Shown: positions 26,959 through 36,851, numbered from the stretch's first letter. The stretch: DNA of 64,000 bases from Eubacteriales bacterium (GCA_045636865.1 JAZTYJ010000022.1:3667-67666), one strand, 5' to 3'. Translations and numbers: made by a program. The notes: generated from the sequence alone by a model not told the origin.

Positions 26959-29196
26959 TCATTCCTTCACATCTTCACCAAAATGCTTTTTACGGTACTC
27001 ACCGGGAGTGTAACCGGTATACTTTTTAAAAAGCCTTATAAATGTGTTGATATTCGGAAGCCCTACCATTTCAGCAATATCTTTGTTTTTGTTCTGTGGA
27101 TTTTCACTTAAGATTACAGCCTTTTTGATTCTGTAGTTATTGATATAATCGGTAAGATTTACGTTCATCTTCTCCTTAAAATAAGAAGAAATATACGCAC
27201 CGGTAAGCTTTAATTTTTCAGCAAAGAGATTCAAATAAATATCCTCTGCATAATGATTTTCAACATAATCAAGAATATAACTGATGATATAATCATCTTC
27301 CCTCTTATTTTCTTTTATGTACTCTATCATTTCATGAAGGAAATCCGCACATACACTTCTGTATTCATACGACGCATCTGCACTTTCAAGACTTCTGTAT
27401 ACTGCAGCGATATCGATATTTTTAGGCAAAGTGTAAAATACTCTGTTAACAAGCTTTACTGCACAATTTATAATTTCGGTGCAAAGCAGATACATTTCAA
27501 ATCGATTTATATTCTTGCGGACGTTATACTCAATAATTTCATCAACCTTGCGAAGCACTTCATCCTCGGTTCCGTTCTGCAATACCGCAGAGAGTTTGCC
27601 CATATCTTCAACCGAAAAATAAAACCGGCTTGCCTCCCTTTCCATATCTTCTTCAAAAAGAACCTGGGTTTCATCTGTGAGTTTGCCATATTTTGAGAGG
27701 TCAGAAAGCGTTTCATAAACTTCTTTAATCTTCAGGGATTCATCGTACTTCCTCGATACCGATATTGTAAAATATGCATATTCCGATTCATTTTCAAGTC
27801 TTAACAAAACATCATCTATAACTTTCTTTATGTCATCGTATTTTTCATATGAAGAAAATACAACCGCAATACCGTTTCTCTCAATCTGGAAGGCGATTGC
27901 CGAAACACCCAACTTTTCAAGATGACCTTCTATGAGTTGTTTCAAGAGGAATGTTGCCTTCCCCGTATCCTCGCTCATAAATTCAAGAAACTCTTTTCTG
28001 TAGCTGACTTTGAAATACGCCATAAACGATGTCTCTGAATAGTTGATTTTTGATTCAATATCCTCAACACCGACATATACATCTCTCATATGAGCCTGCA
28101 AAAGCATCGCATCGAGGATCGACTCGCCATGGTGCTGTACATCATCCGTCTTTCCTACATGTGAAGCGGTTAACTTTACAGCACTTGCCATCTCTCTGAT
28201 AGACAAAGTTTCCTTGTCGTATGCTTTTTTCACCTCTGAATTCTTCAAAAGCTCATCCGAGACATCTTTTACAAAACGTGAATATCTAAAAGCAAACAGA
28301 AGCGAAAGAATTATCGCAAACACAAAGAACAAAAGCGCAAACAAAAGAGTCCACACACCCATTTTGTCCGTTTCATTCACAACATCTGCATCAGGTACTA
28401 TCTTAAACAACTCAATTTTGCCGTTGTTCTTATCAGAACAACAGATAACCGTTCCGTTTCGCACCTTCATAGTATCAAGAACTTGTGACAGTTCATCAAT
28501 TTTTAACGCTTTTTCACTCGCAAAAAGAACAGTACTCTCCACTCTCAAAGCAGAAATATCAAAATCCCTAGCAAATGCGCCAATATCAAGAAGCACAACT
28601 ATAACATATCCGCTTTCCTGTTTTGGTTTGTAGCAAACAGGAAGAATCTGCATCTCTTCTTTCAATGAACCAAACAATACAGAATATGTTTCTGCAGGAA
28701 GTAGCTCAAACAAGCTTCCGCCACCTGTTCTCGAGAGCCAGAAAGCATCATCATATTGCTCGTTTTTAAAGAACCTTTCATAAAACACACTTGAAGTATG
28801 TGTTCCGGTCAGCTCGTATATGTACCCTTCCTTGCGCGCATCAACCAAAAAAGCTGTTGCAATGTACTTTGAAAACTCATTTTGAGGGTTATCAATCAGA
28901 ACAGCGCGCATATCGGCACGAAGATTGTTCTTTTCTATGTATGATCCATTTTCAAAATCCTTATCAGCAGCAAATTTAACAGACAACTCTTCCATCGAAT
29001 ATCTGATATGCGAAATCATCCTTATCGCTTCACTTGAATTATGCTCAAAGCCGATTCTGATTTTATCGAGAACAGCTTCTTGAGCGTCTGTTTTGTCTTC
29101 AGCAACAATGGCAATAAACGCTATTGAAACAGAAATAATTACCGCAAGAAAGAGACTTAAAACCCGAAGAAATATTCCGTTGTTTTTTACATTCAT
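26959..29196 (-). CDS. membrane-bound one-component regulator: two TM helices flanking an extracytoplasmic domain, a cytoplasmic linker domain, and a C-terminal AraC-type HTH
   Basis: The TM helices are at about residues 12-35 and 285-310. The C-terminal AraC HTH is DIAEMVGLPNINTFIRLFKKYTGYTPGEYRK. ATG at 29196 follows GGGGTG. Confidence 0.75.
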   Translation of the reverse strand: MNVKNNGIFLRVLSLFLAVIISVSIAFIAIVAEDKTDAQEAVLDKIRIGFEHNSSEAIRMISHIRYSMEELSVKFAADKDFENGSYIEKNNLRADMRAVLIDNPQNEFSKYIATAFLVDARKEGYIYELTGTHTSSVFYERFFKNEQYDDAFWLSRTGGGSLFELLPAETYSVLFGSLKEEMQILPVCYKPKQESGYVIVVLLDIGAFARDFDISALRVESTVLFASEKALKIDELSQVLDTMKVRNGTVICCSDKNNGKIELFKIVPDADVVNETDKMGVWTLLFALLFFVFAIILSLLFAFRYSRFVKDVSDELLKNSEVKKAYDKETLSIREMASAVKLTASHVGKTDDVQHHGESILDAMLLQAHMRDVYVGVEDIESKINYSETSFMAYFKVSYRKEFLEFMSEDTGKATFLLKQLIEGHLEKLGVSAIAFQIERNGIAVVFSSYEKYDDIKKVIDDVLLRLENESEYAYFTISVSRKYDESLKIKEVYETLSDLSKYGKLTDETQVLFEEDMEREASRFYFSVEDMGKLSAVLQNGTEDEVLRKVDEIIEYNVRKNINRFEMYLLCTEIINCAVKLVNRVFYTLPKNIDIAAVYRSLESADASYEYRSVCADFLHEMIEYIKENKREDDYIISYILDYVENHYAEDIYLNLFAEKLKLTGAYISSYFKEKMNVNLTDYINNYRIKKAVILSENPQNKNKDIAEMVGLPNINTFIRLFKKYTGYTPGEYRKKHFGEDVKE

Positions 29197-29271
29197 CAAG
29201 CACACCCCAAAATCACCATATATTTAACTATCGAAATTTCTGGATACTTAAATATTATATAACAAGTATAC

Positions 29272-29300
29272 AAAAAAAGCAAAGATTTTTTTATCTTTGC
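29272..29300 (-). terminator. rho-independent terminator after the GT4 transferase gene
   Basis: gcaaagat-N6-atctttgc, with a T-run on the minus strand. Confidence 0.65.
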
Positions 29301-29344
29301 CTTTTTCTTCTTTATTTTTACATATTTTTCTTATTTTGCTATAA

Positions 29345-30394
29345 TCATTTTTTCTTATTCTTTTTAATTATTCGATACATATTTATTCCGATAAGTGCGA
29401 GTGCAATCACGATTATAACAAAGAACAACGCCCGCTGTGCACTGCTTGATGCAAGAAGCACTGCAGAAATTCCGAGTATACCGCTTACAGAATATAGAAT
29501 AAGTACGGTCTGCTTCTGCGAGAAGCCGAGGTCTATCAATCTGTGGTGAACATGTCCACGATCTGCATGCATCGGACTCTGACCATTTAAAACGCGTCGC
29601 AAAATTGCGAAAAGCGTATCAAAAATCGGAAGACCAAGAATCAAAAACGGAACTGCAAACGACAGAATCGCATATGTCTTGAACATTCCCTGAATAGAAA
29701 GCGTTGCAAGAATAAATCCAAGGAATGTCGCACCCGTATCACCGACAAACATCTTTGCCGGATTTATGTTGTACGGCAAAAAGCCTATGCAGGCACCTGC
29801 AACGGCCGCCGTAATTACCATAACATTAAATTCAGAAACTATTGCCGCGATGATCAAAAGAGAAATTGACGCTATAGTGCACACTCCGACCGAGAGCCCG
29901 TCAAGCCCATCTATCAGGTTTACGGCATTTGTGATAGCAACAATCCAGATAACCGTTACGGGAATCCCCCATAAACCGAGATTGAGATACGGCGCATCAC
30001 TAAAGAGATTCAAATTTGAAATGACATCAATTCTCGTTCCGTGAAGAACAACAACTGTTGCGGCAATAAGCTGCACAAGAAATTTGAATTTTGCCGGAAG
30101 CTCAATACTGTCATCAACAACGCCAAGAAGAACAACGATAAGCGCACCGATAAGAATTCCCTGCATTTCGCGATCAACAGGAACAATAAAAACAACCGTT
30201 ACAAGGAAAGCAAAAAACACCGCAAGACCGCCAAGCCTCGGTATCGGCTTTTTGTGCATACGTCGTTCATCCTTCGGAATGTCTATCGCTCCTATTTTAT
30301 ATGCTATTCGTTTTGCTGCCGGTGAGAGCACAAACGACAGAATTCCCGCCATCACAAATGCGGCAACAGTTTTCAAAAGCGTGATTTTATCCAT
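29345..30394 (-). CDS. polyprenyl-phosphate N-acetylhexosamine-1-phosphate transferase (WecA/TagO/MraY superfamily, GT4)
   Basis: NAVNLIDGLDGL and FVGDTGATFLGF are family motifs. The protein has 10-11 TM helices. Confidence 0.85.
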   Translation of the reverse strand: MDKITLLKTVAAFVMAGILSFVLSPAAKRIAYKIGAIDIPKDERRMHKKPIPRLGGLAVFFAFLVTVVFIVPVDREMQGILIGALIVVLLGVVDDSIELPAKFKFLVQLIAATVVVLHGTRIDVISNLNLFSDAPYLNLGLWGIPVTVIWIVAITNAVNLIDGLDGLSVGVCTIASISLLIIAAIVSEFNVMVITAAVAGACIGFLPYNINPAKMFVGDTGATFLGFILATLSIQGMFKTYAILSFAVPFLILGLPIFDTLFAILRRVLNGQSPMHADRGHVHHRLIDLGFSQKQTVLILYSVSGILGISAVLLASSSAQRALFFVIIVIALALIGINMYRIIKKNKKK

Positions 30395-30420
30395 AATTCT
30401 ATCCTCTGAATTTCTTTAAA

Positions 30421-31434
30421 TTATACACGAGGCTTCGGAATAAATCCTACCTTTTTTCTGATTTTCACGAGATTTCTCTCTGCAAGAGCCGCTGCACGCA
30501 TTGCATTTTCAGAATAAACCTTCTCAAGATAATCTTTATTTTTGAGAAGATCCTCTGTTTTCTCACGGATCGGGCGAAGCATTTCAACAACAGCTTCACC
30601 TACAGCTAGCTTGAAATCACCGTAACCGCGACCTTCAAATTCTTTTTCAATTTCAGGAATTGTTTTACCTGAGGCAATAGAGTAGATCGTCATAAGGTTA
30701 TTGACACCTGCCTTGCCTTCCTTAAACTCCACCTTTGCCTCGCTGTCTGTAACAGCGCGCTTGAACTTGCGCATTATATCTTCAGGCTTATCAAGAAGAA
30801 GGATATATGCATTTGCATTTGTGTCAGACTTTGACATCTTCTTATCCGGCTCTGCAAGGCTCATAATTCGTCCGCCAACCTTCGGAATATACGGCTCCGG
30901 AATTTTAAATACGTCGCCGTGGTGACTGTTGAATCTGCCTGCTATGTTTCTTGCAAGCTCGAGATGCTGTTTCTGATCTTCTCCTATCGGAACATAGTCC
31001 GCATTGTAAAGAAGGATGTCCGCCGCCATAAGAACAGGATAATCAAAAAGACCTGCATTGATGTTATCTGCATGCTTCTGTGATTTATCTTTAAACTGTG
31101 TCATACGAGAAAGCTCACCATACATAGTGTAGCAATTTAAGATCCACGAGAGTTCAGCGTGCTGCGCAACGTGGCTCTGGATATACATAATATTCTGCTC
31201 CGGATCAAGTCCGCATCCGATGAGGAGCGCAAGAAGAGAAAGCGTCTGCTCACGAAGCTTTGCCGGATCCTGGCGGACAGTTATCGCGTGCATATCAACC
31301 ACACAGAAGAGACAGTCATACAAATCCTGCATTGCAACCCAGTTTGTAACCGCTCCCATATAGTTTCCCAATGTAATATTGCCGGAAGGCTGAATTCCGG
31401 AGAATACACGCTGTCTTTTTTCAATTGATTCCAT
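30421..31434 (-). CDS. trpS: tryptophan--tRNA ligase
   Basis: The class I motifs are present: a HIGH-like region (GIQPSGNITLGNYMGA) and KMSKS. Confidence 0.93.
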   Translation of the reverse strand: MESIEKRQRVFSGIQPSGNITLGNYMGAVTNWVAMQDLYDCLFCVVDMHAITVRQDPAKLREQTLSLLALLIGCGLDPEQNIMYIQSHVAQHAELSWILNCYTMYGELSRMTQFKDKSQKHADNINAGLFDYPVLMAADILLYNADYVPIGEDQKQHLELARNIAGRFNSHHGDVFKIPEPYIPKVGGRIMSLAEPDKKMSKSDTNANAYILLLDKPEDIMRKFKRAVTDSEAKVEFKEGKAGVNNLMTIYSIASGKTIPEIEKEFEGRGYGDFKLAVGEAVVEMLRPIREKTEDLLKNKDYLEKVYSENAMRAAALAERNLVKIRKKVGFIPKPRV

Positions 31435-31458
31435 ATTTAATACCCCTTCAATTCGGAA

Positions 31459-32643
31459 TTAACCTACATAGTCGTTAAGAACCGTTGCAAGTCTGTCGAT
31501 TCCCTTCTCGATTTCAGAAGGCGTCGGAAGTGAGAAGTTGAGGCGGAACGTCGGGCAGACTTTTGATTCGTCTACCGAGAAAGCAGAACCCGGAACGATC
31601 ATAACCTTTGCCTCTTTTGCCCGACGCGTAAGCTCTGCACCGTCAAAGCCATCAGGCATTGTGCACGAGATAAAGAGACCACCGTCAGGACGACTGACTG
31701 AAACCTTTTTAGTGAATTTTGCATCTATGCATTCAAGCATCTTCTCTTCCTTGACGCGATACATGTCACAAATCTTTTTGATATGCTCATCAACATTGAA
31801 ACGAGTGAGATACTCAGCTGTAAGCATCTGGAAGAAAAGATTTGTATGTACGTCAGAAACCTGCTTTGCAACAGTCATTTTATTGATTATGTTCTTATCT
31901 GCACAAGCAAAACCGATTCGGATGCCCGGTGCAAGAATCTTTGAATATGAGCCGGAGAAAATTACTCTGCCATTTGTGTCCATACTCTTGATAGTCGGGA
32001 TGTGTTCACCACGGAAGCGAAGCTCAAAATACGGGCTGTCTTCAATGATTATAAGGTCATACTCCTCTGCAAGAGCAAGAAGCTTTTTGCGGCGTTCAAG
32101 GCTCATTGTGTTTCCCGTCGGATTCTGGAACGTCGGAATTGTGTATATAATTTTTACATTCTTCTCAGTCTTGAGTTTGTCTTCAAGTTCGTCGATATTC
32201 ATACCGTCTTCATCGACAGATACACCAACAAGGCGCACGCCATATGAACGGAATGCATTGAGCGCACCGACAAAGCTCGGATCTTCACAGATAACAACAT
32301 CTCCCTCATTGAGGAAAATCTTCGCAGCCATTTCGATAGACTGCTGACCGCCGCTTGTAATGATAAGGTCATCATTTTCCGTACCAATACCGTACTTCTC
32401 AGAAAGACGATTCTTTGTGATATCACGGAGCGGAGTATATCCCTCACTTACGCCATACTGCAAAGCCTGTGCCGCGCGCGACTCAAAAATAGTCGCCGCA
32501 ATTCTGCTCATAGCTTCAACCGGAAAACTTTCGGGCGCAGGGTTTCCTGCTGCAAAAGATACAAGATCCGGAATATTTGGTGTCTTTAAAATCTCACGGA
32601 TTGCGGAAGGTTTAAGTGTTGATATTCTGCTTGAAAATTCCAT
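31459..32643 (-). CDS. PLP-dependent aminotransferase, class I/II fold (LysN / aromatic-type)
   Basis: PSAIREIL, FAAGNP and SYSKILAPGIRIGF (the PLP lysine). Start taken at MEFSSRIS. Confidence 0.85.
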   Translation of the reverse strand: MEFSSRISTLKPSAIREILKTPNIPDLVSFAAGNPAPESFPVEAMSRIAATIFESRAAQALQYGVSEGYTPLRDITKNRLSEKYGIGTENDDLIITSGGQQSIEMAAKIFLNEGDVVICEDPSFVGALNAFRSYGVRLVGVSVDEDGMNIDELEDKLKTEKNVKIIYTIPTFQNPTGNTMSLERRKKLLALAEEYDLIIIEDSPYFELRFRGEHIPTIKSMDTNGRVIFSGSYSKILAPGIRIGFACADKNIINKMTVAKQVSDVHTNLFFQMLTAEYLTRFNVDEHIKKICDMYRVKEEKMLECIDAKFTKKVSVSRPDGGLFISCTMPDGFDGAELTRRAKEAKVMIVPGSAFSVDESKVCPTFRLNFSLPTPSEIEKGIDRLATVLNDYVG

Positions 32644-32740
32644 GGTAAAACTTGCCCCCAACATTTAAATATACTGCATATATTTTACCATATCACAAAA
32701 GAAATATCAACCAATTCAAGTGAATTATTTGCGATTTCAA

Positions 32741-32770
32741 AAGAAAAAGATGTGGATTTTCCACATCTTT
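32741..32770 (-). terminator. rho-independent terminator after the MOP flippase gene
   Basis: aaagatgtgg-atttt-ccacatcttt overlaps the stop codon, with a T-run on the minus strand. Confidence 0.65.
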
Positions 32771-34512
32771 TAATTCTTTATTCCGGGTAGTCTTTTATAA
32801 ATCGCTGCGAGTTTTTCGCCTTTCGGCATCTTACGGATATCATCTTCGTTTATCGCACGGAGAAGAACAAGCACAACTATATAAACAACGCCTCCAACGA
32901 CAATTCCGAAAACCGTGCAAAGCTTTTCCGGAAGTGCACCCATAAGAAGCTGATAAACAAGCCTTGCGCTTATTCCGCACGAAAGCGCGGCTATGAGCGG
33001 TTTTATAAAGACCATTTTATAATCAAGCTTTACTTTTGTGTTTTTCACAAGGAAATAGAGACTTATCGTCATTATGAGAACATAACAAAGAAGAGTTCCT
33101 ACAGCCGCACCCTTTATGTTGATCTCCGGAACACCAACAGTTAAATAGTTGAACACAAGCTTGAACGCCGCACAACCTACCATAATTTTAACCGGAAGGT
33201 CTGCCCTGCCTGCCGCCTGCAGCATACTGTTTATCGGAGAACAGGTTGATGAGAAAATAACTGCTATTCCCAAAATTGCAAGAAGCGGCGCCGCTATTTC
33301 TACTTCTTCAGGTCGCGCACCGTAGAGAAGATTTAAAATTCCGTGAGAAAGAAAACTCATTCCTATTCCCGCAGGAAGAACAAGAAGCATCGTTACGCGC
33401 AAGACCGCTTCTACATTCTCCTTGAGCGAAGCCATATTCTTCTCTGTCCAGGCGGTTGTTATTGCCGGAAGCGCGCTGACTCCGAATGCAACCGTGAATG
33501 TCGGTATGAGGTTATAGAGATTTACAGCCATACCCTTGTAGCAACCGTTTAAGTAATTCGGTATGCTGTCGAGCGCCTTGCCTGCAGGAATTGCCGAACC
33601 GTAAATTCGCTGAATTGTCGAAAAGTCAAGAGAAACAGCATGTCCGAGCCTGTCAAGAACTGACCACAGGTCGATTATGCCCGTAATCTGCCCAACGCAA
33701 GAGCCGAGCGCTATCGGCACTGCGATTTTTACTATGCGCTTTAAGATTGTTTTTGTCGGTGTTACTTCCTGTTTCGCCGAAAGTTCTTCTTCCGTTATCT
33801 TATCTCCGCTTTTTTTGTGACGGATATATACAGAGAGAAAACTTCCGCATGCACCGAGAGCGACACCAAGTATTGCACCTGCGGCGGCTATCTGCAGAAC
33901 GCGGAGTTTTGCATCCTCAAAGCTTGCATAAGCCGTTCCGAAAACCGTTCCCGATGTTTCAAATTCGCTTATTCCCACCTTGTAGGCAACCATCGAAAGG
34001 CCGAGACCGAAAATAAGCTTTAAGATGACCTCAATGACCTGCGAAAGCGCGGTGGGATACATATTCGAAAGGCCTTCGTAATATCCCTTATATGCCGAAG
34101 TGAGACACACAAAAAACACAGTCGGTGCCATTGCCATAACGGCAAGATATGCACCCGGATTTTTTATGGTGTTTACGAAAAATCCCGCGCCGAAGAAAAG
34201 GATGCAGAAGCCAATGGTTCCCGTTATTAAAAACACCGTATTTGCAATCTTTAAAGTGCGGCGCACATCACGGAAACGATTTTCAGAAACGCTTTCCGCC
34301 ACAATTCTCGCTATCGCCACCGGAAGACCTGCGTTTGAAATAACATACACAGGCATATACAAGTCATATGCCGTTGAGAAGTATCCCATTCCGTCTCCGC
34401 CAAGAATGTTGGCAAGCGGAATTTTAAAAACTGCCCCCAAAAGCTTTACTATCAGAGCCGCAACAGAAAGAATCAGTGCGCCCTTAAAAAAGCTCTGCTT
34501 TTTTCGCTGCAT
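32770..34512 (-). CDS. MOP-superfamily flippase (MurJ/SpoVB/polysaccharide biosynthesis protein type)
   Basis: 580 aa with about 14 TM helices and an N-terminus typical of the family (GALILSVAALIVKLLGAVFKIPL). Confidence 0.8.
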   Translation of the reverse strand: MQRKKQSFFKGALILSVAALIVKLLGAVFKIPLANILGGDGMGYFSTAYDLYMPVYVISNAGLPVAIARIVAESVSENRFRDVRRTLKIANTVFLITGTIGFCILFFGAGFFVNTIKNPGAYLAVMAMAPTVFFVCLTSAYKGYYEGLSNMYPTALSQVIEVILKLIFGLGLSMVAYKVGISEFETSGTVFGTAYASFEDAKLRVLQIAAAGAILGVALGACGSFLSVYIRHKKSGDKITEEELSAKQEVTPTKTILKRIVKIAVPIALGSCVGQITGIIDLWSVLDRLGHAVSLDFSTIQRIYGSAIPAGKALDSIPNYLNGCYKGMAVNLYNLIPTFTVAFGVSALPAITTAWTEKNMASLKENVEAVLRVTMLLVLPAGIGMSFLSHGILNLLYGARPEEVEIAAPLLAILGIAVIFSSTCSPINSMLQAAGRADLPVKIMVGCAAFKLVFNYLTVGVPEINIKGAAVGTLLCYVLIMTISLYFLVKNTKVKLDYKMVFIKPLIAALSCGISARLVYQLLMGALPEKLCTVFGIVVGGVVYIVVLVLLRAINEDDIRKMPKGEKLAAIYKRLPGIKN

Positions 34513-34530
34513 TTTAAAAGCTCCTTTAAT

Positions 34531-35175
34531 TTATCTTCCTAAAATTTCAATGGCACTCTTCATATCATCCGCACCAAAGACAGATGAACCTGCTACTATT
34601 ACATCTGCTCCCGCTTCTTTTGCAACAAGAACATTTTCGCATGTAACGCCGCCATCAATCTGAAGAAGACACTTCGGATTTTTGGCATCTATAAGCGCTC
34701 TTGCCTCTGAAATCTTCGGAAGACACTTATCTATAAACTTCTGTCCGCCAAAGCCGGGCTCAACAGTCATTATAAGCACCATATCAAGAAGATCTATGTA
34801 TTTTTCAAGAGCTGAAACCGGAGTGTTTGGTTTGATTGAAAGTGCCGCCTTTACGCCTGCCGCACGGATTCTCTTCAATGTTTCCAGAACATCCGAATCG
34901 CACTCTTCGTGGATTGTGATGAGATATGCCCCCGCCTTGATAAAATCATCAAGATAGAATGCAGGGTCTGAAATCATAAGGTGAACATCAAGCGGAAGGT
35001 CTGAAACTTTTGAAAGCGCTTTTACAACCGGTGCGCCGATTGAAATATTCGGAACAAAGTGTCCGTCCATAACATCAACGTGAGCCCAATCTGCACCTGC
35101 ATCCTTGAGACGCTTCATATCTCTTTCCAGATTCGCGAAATCTGCCGACAAAATCGACGGTGATACTATAGCCAT
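34531..35175 (-). CDS. rpe: ribulose-phosphate 3-epimerase
   Basis: SPSILSADFANL, HVDVMDGHFVPN and VEPGFGGQKF. ATG at 35175 sits 8 nt after GGAGG. Confidence 0.93.
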   Translation of the reverse strand: MAIVSPSILSADFANLERDMKRLKDAGADWAHVDVMDGHFVPNISIGAPVVKALSKVSDLPLDVHLMISDPAFYLDDFIKAGAYLITIHEECDSDVLETLKRIRAAGVKAALSIKPNTPVSALEKYIDLLDMVLIMTVEPGFGGQKFIDKCLPKISEARALIDAKNPKCLLQIDGGVTCENVLVAKEAGADVIVAGSSVFGADDMKSAIEILGR

Positions 35176-35358
35176 AATTTTTACCTCCAAATTAAATACT
35201 ATACCATTATACCACTACAACCAAAAAGGTCAATGAACAATTTCAAATCGCACGGCATAAAATGCTATTGATCAGAGTAAATGAAGCATGATCTTCTCAT
35301 CTGTCCTCCTCAAAACCAAAGAGAGCGTCATATTTTTTCATTTACTCTTTCATATAGC

Positions 35359-35388
35359 CTGCCCGGAATTCTTATCTCTTCCGGGCAG
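35359..35388. terminator. 10-bp perfect hairpin downstream of the DUF951 gene (possible terminator)
   Basis: ctgcccggaa-N10-ttccgggcag. Neither strand has a clean T-run. Confidence 0.35.
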
Positions 35389-35395
35389 ACAACCG

Positions 35396-35575
35396 TTATT
35401 CTTTTATAATCTTCGATATCATCTTCTCTGCCTTTTTGCGCGGAAGCTCTATTTCGTGTCCGCACCCCTTGCAAAGAAGCTTCACATCCATGCCGACACG
35501 GGTTATCTCCCACAAATCACTTCCGCACGGATGATGCTTTTTTGTTTTTACGGTGTCGCCTGTCTTTATATCCAT
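35396..35575 (-). CDS. DUF951-family small protein (YyzM-like), 59 aa, missed by the 60-aa ORF track cutoff
   Basis: My hand translation is MDIKTGDTVKTKKHHPCGSDLWEITRVGMDVKLLCKGCGHEIELPRKKAEKMISKIIKE. It contains a CxxxxW...CxxC pattern. Confidence 0.65.
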   Translation of the reverse strand: MDIKTGDTVKTKKHHPCGSDLWEITRVGMDVKLLCKGCGHEIELPRKKAEKMISKIIKE

Positions 35576-35585
35576 AGACTCACCC

Positions 35586-36518
35586 TTATCTGTTGATTAT
35601 CTTCTCTCCGTCAAAAAGGAGCACTCCGCCGCCATAACCAAACTTTCCGCCTTCATTTATGTAATTAATCATATTGCGCTGAAGTGTGTTGTTTGAAGGT
35701 AAACCTTCTGTTGTTCCCTCATACTTTTTTCCGCCGAAGATTCTCCAAGAATCTCCGAATCTGTCAGGGCTTTCAAAGACCTTTATCACATCAAACATAT
35801 CGACAAACTTTTTGATGTTTGACTTTTCAGGTAAAACTTTTTCGACATACGGCGGATACATCATCCACGACGTGCAGATAAGCGGCAGGATTCCGTCTTT
35901 TAAATCCTTCTTAAAGAAATCATATGCCATTTTGAAAGATTCCATACAAAGCTCTTTGCTGAGTGGTCTTCCGTCCGTCGGGATGTGGCACGCAAGAACC
36001 ACATCTCCTTCGTCGAGCACGAAATCTCCGCATTTGTAATCTGATTGATAGTAGAATGTATGATACTCGAACTGAAGTCTGCCGAGAGCAAACAATTTAA
36101 GCTCGTCTTCAAGGAAGAAATATTCTACAAAAACTCCGACCTCACCGTAGACACTCATACACTCGTCCATTTTATAGCGGATGTTTGCAGCAGTATCAAG
36201 AAGCACACTTTCGGGAATATTGTATTTTTTATAGTTCTCTTCCATATGCGAAAACATATAAAGCCAGAGAAGAAGCTGCGTTATATACTGCTTTTCCGGA
36301 TCAATTTCAATTGCAAGGTCTGCATATTTCCTTGCACGAATCGATGCATCTCCGCGCTCTTCTCCCCTATACGGCTCAAAGGGTTTTATGGGCATTTCTG
36401 CATTATATCTCTCGGCAAGTTCTTTCGCTTTACAGCCATAAACCTTATCCATTTCAAGGATATATTCTCTATCCTCCTGCGATATCCCGATTTTTTCAAA
36501 AACATCATTTGAGATCAT
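35586..36518 (-). CDS. conserved hypothetical protein, possibly an N-acyltransferase with a GNAT-like C-terminal domain
   Basis: About 310 aa with no TM helices. The family assignment rests on recollection only. ATG at 36518 sits 7 nt after GGAGGA. Confidence 0.4.
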   Translation of the reverse strand: MISNDVFEKIGISQEDREYILEMDKVYGCKAKELAERYNAEMPIKPFEPYRGEERGDASIRARKYADLAIEIDPEKQYITQLLLWLYMFSHMEENYKKYNIPESVLLDTAANIRYKMDECMSVYGEVGVFVEYFFLEDELKLFALGRLQFEYHTFYYQSDYKCGDFVLDEGDVVLACHIPTDGRPLSKELCMESFKMAYDFFKKDLKDGILPLICTSWMMYPPYVEKVLPEKSNIKKFVDMFDVIKVFESPDRFGDSWRIFGGKKYEGTTEGLPSNNTLQRNMINYINEGGKFGYGGGVLLFDGEKIINR

Positions 36519-36539
36519 TTCTTTATCCTCCACATCAAA

Positions 36540-36851
36540 CTAAAATCCTATTATCTGAACAACATATGCAGCCAATGCCGCGAATACCGCAACTACAAGA
36601 AGACTTTTTTTAAAGTATGCCAAAACGAGTGCAACTGCACATCCTGCAAATGCCGACATAAAACTTCCCGTACTGTAAAACACCGCAGGAAACGTCATCG
36701 CCGACAAAACTACATACGGCACATAATACAGAAACGACTGTATCCATACGCTTTTTATCCTTCTGCGGAAAAGTATCATAGGCACCGCGCGGATAAGGTA
36801 TGTAACAAGTGCCATCACAGCAATCGAAGAGAGAATGTATACCGTTGTCAT
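36540..36851 (-). CDS. azlD: branched-chain amino acid transport protein AzlD
   Basis: 103-aa hydrophobic protein that overlaps azlC by 4 nt. Confidence 0.8.
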   Translation of the reverse strand: MTTVYILSSIAVMALVTYLIRAVPMILFRRRIKSVWIQSFLYYVPYVVLSAMTFPAVFYSTGSFMSAFAGCAVALVLAYFKKSLLVVAVFAALAAYVVQIIGF

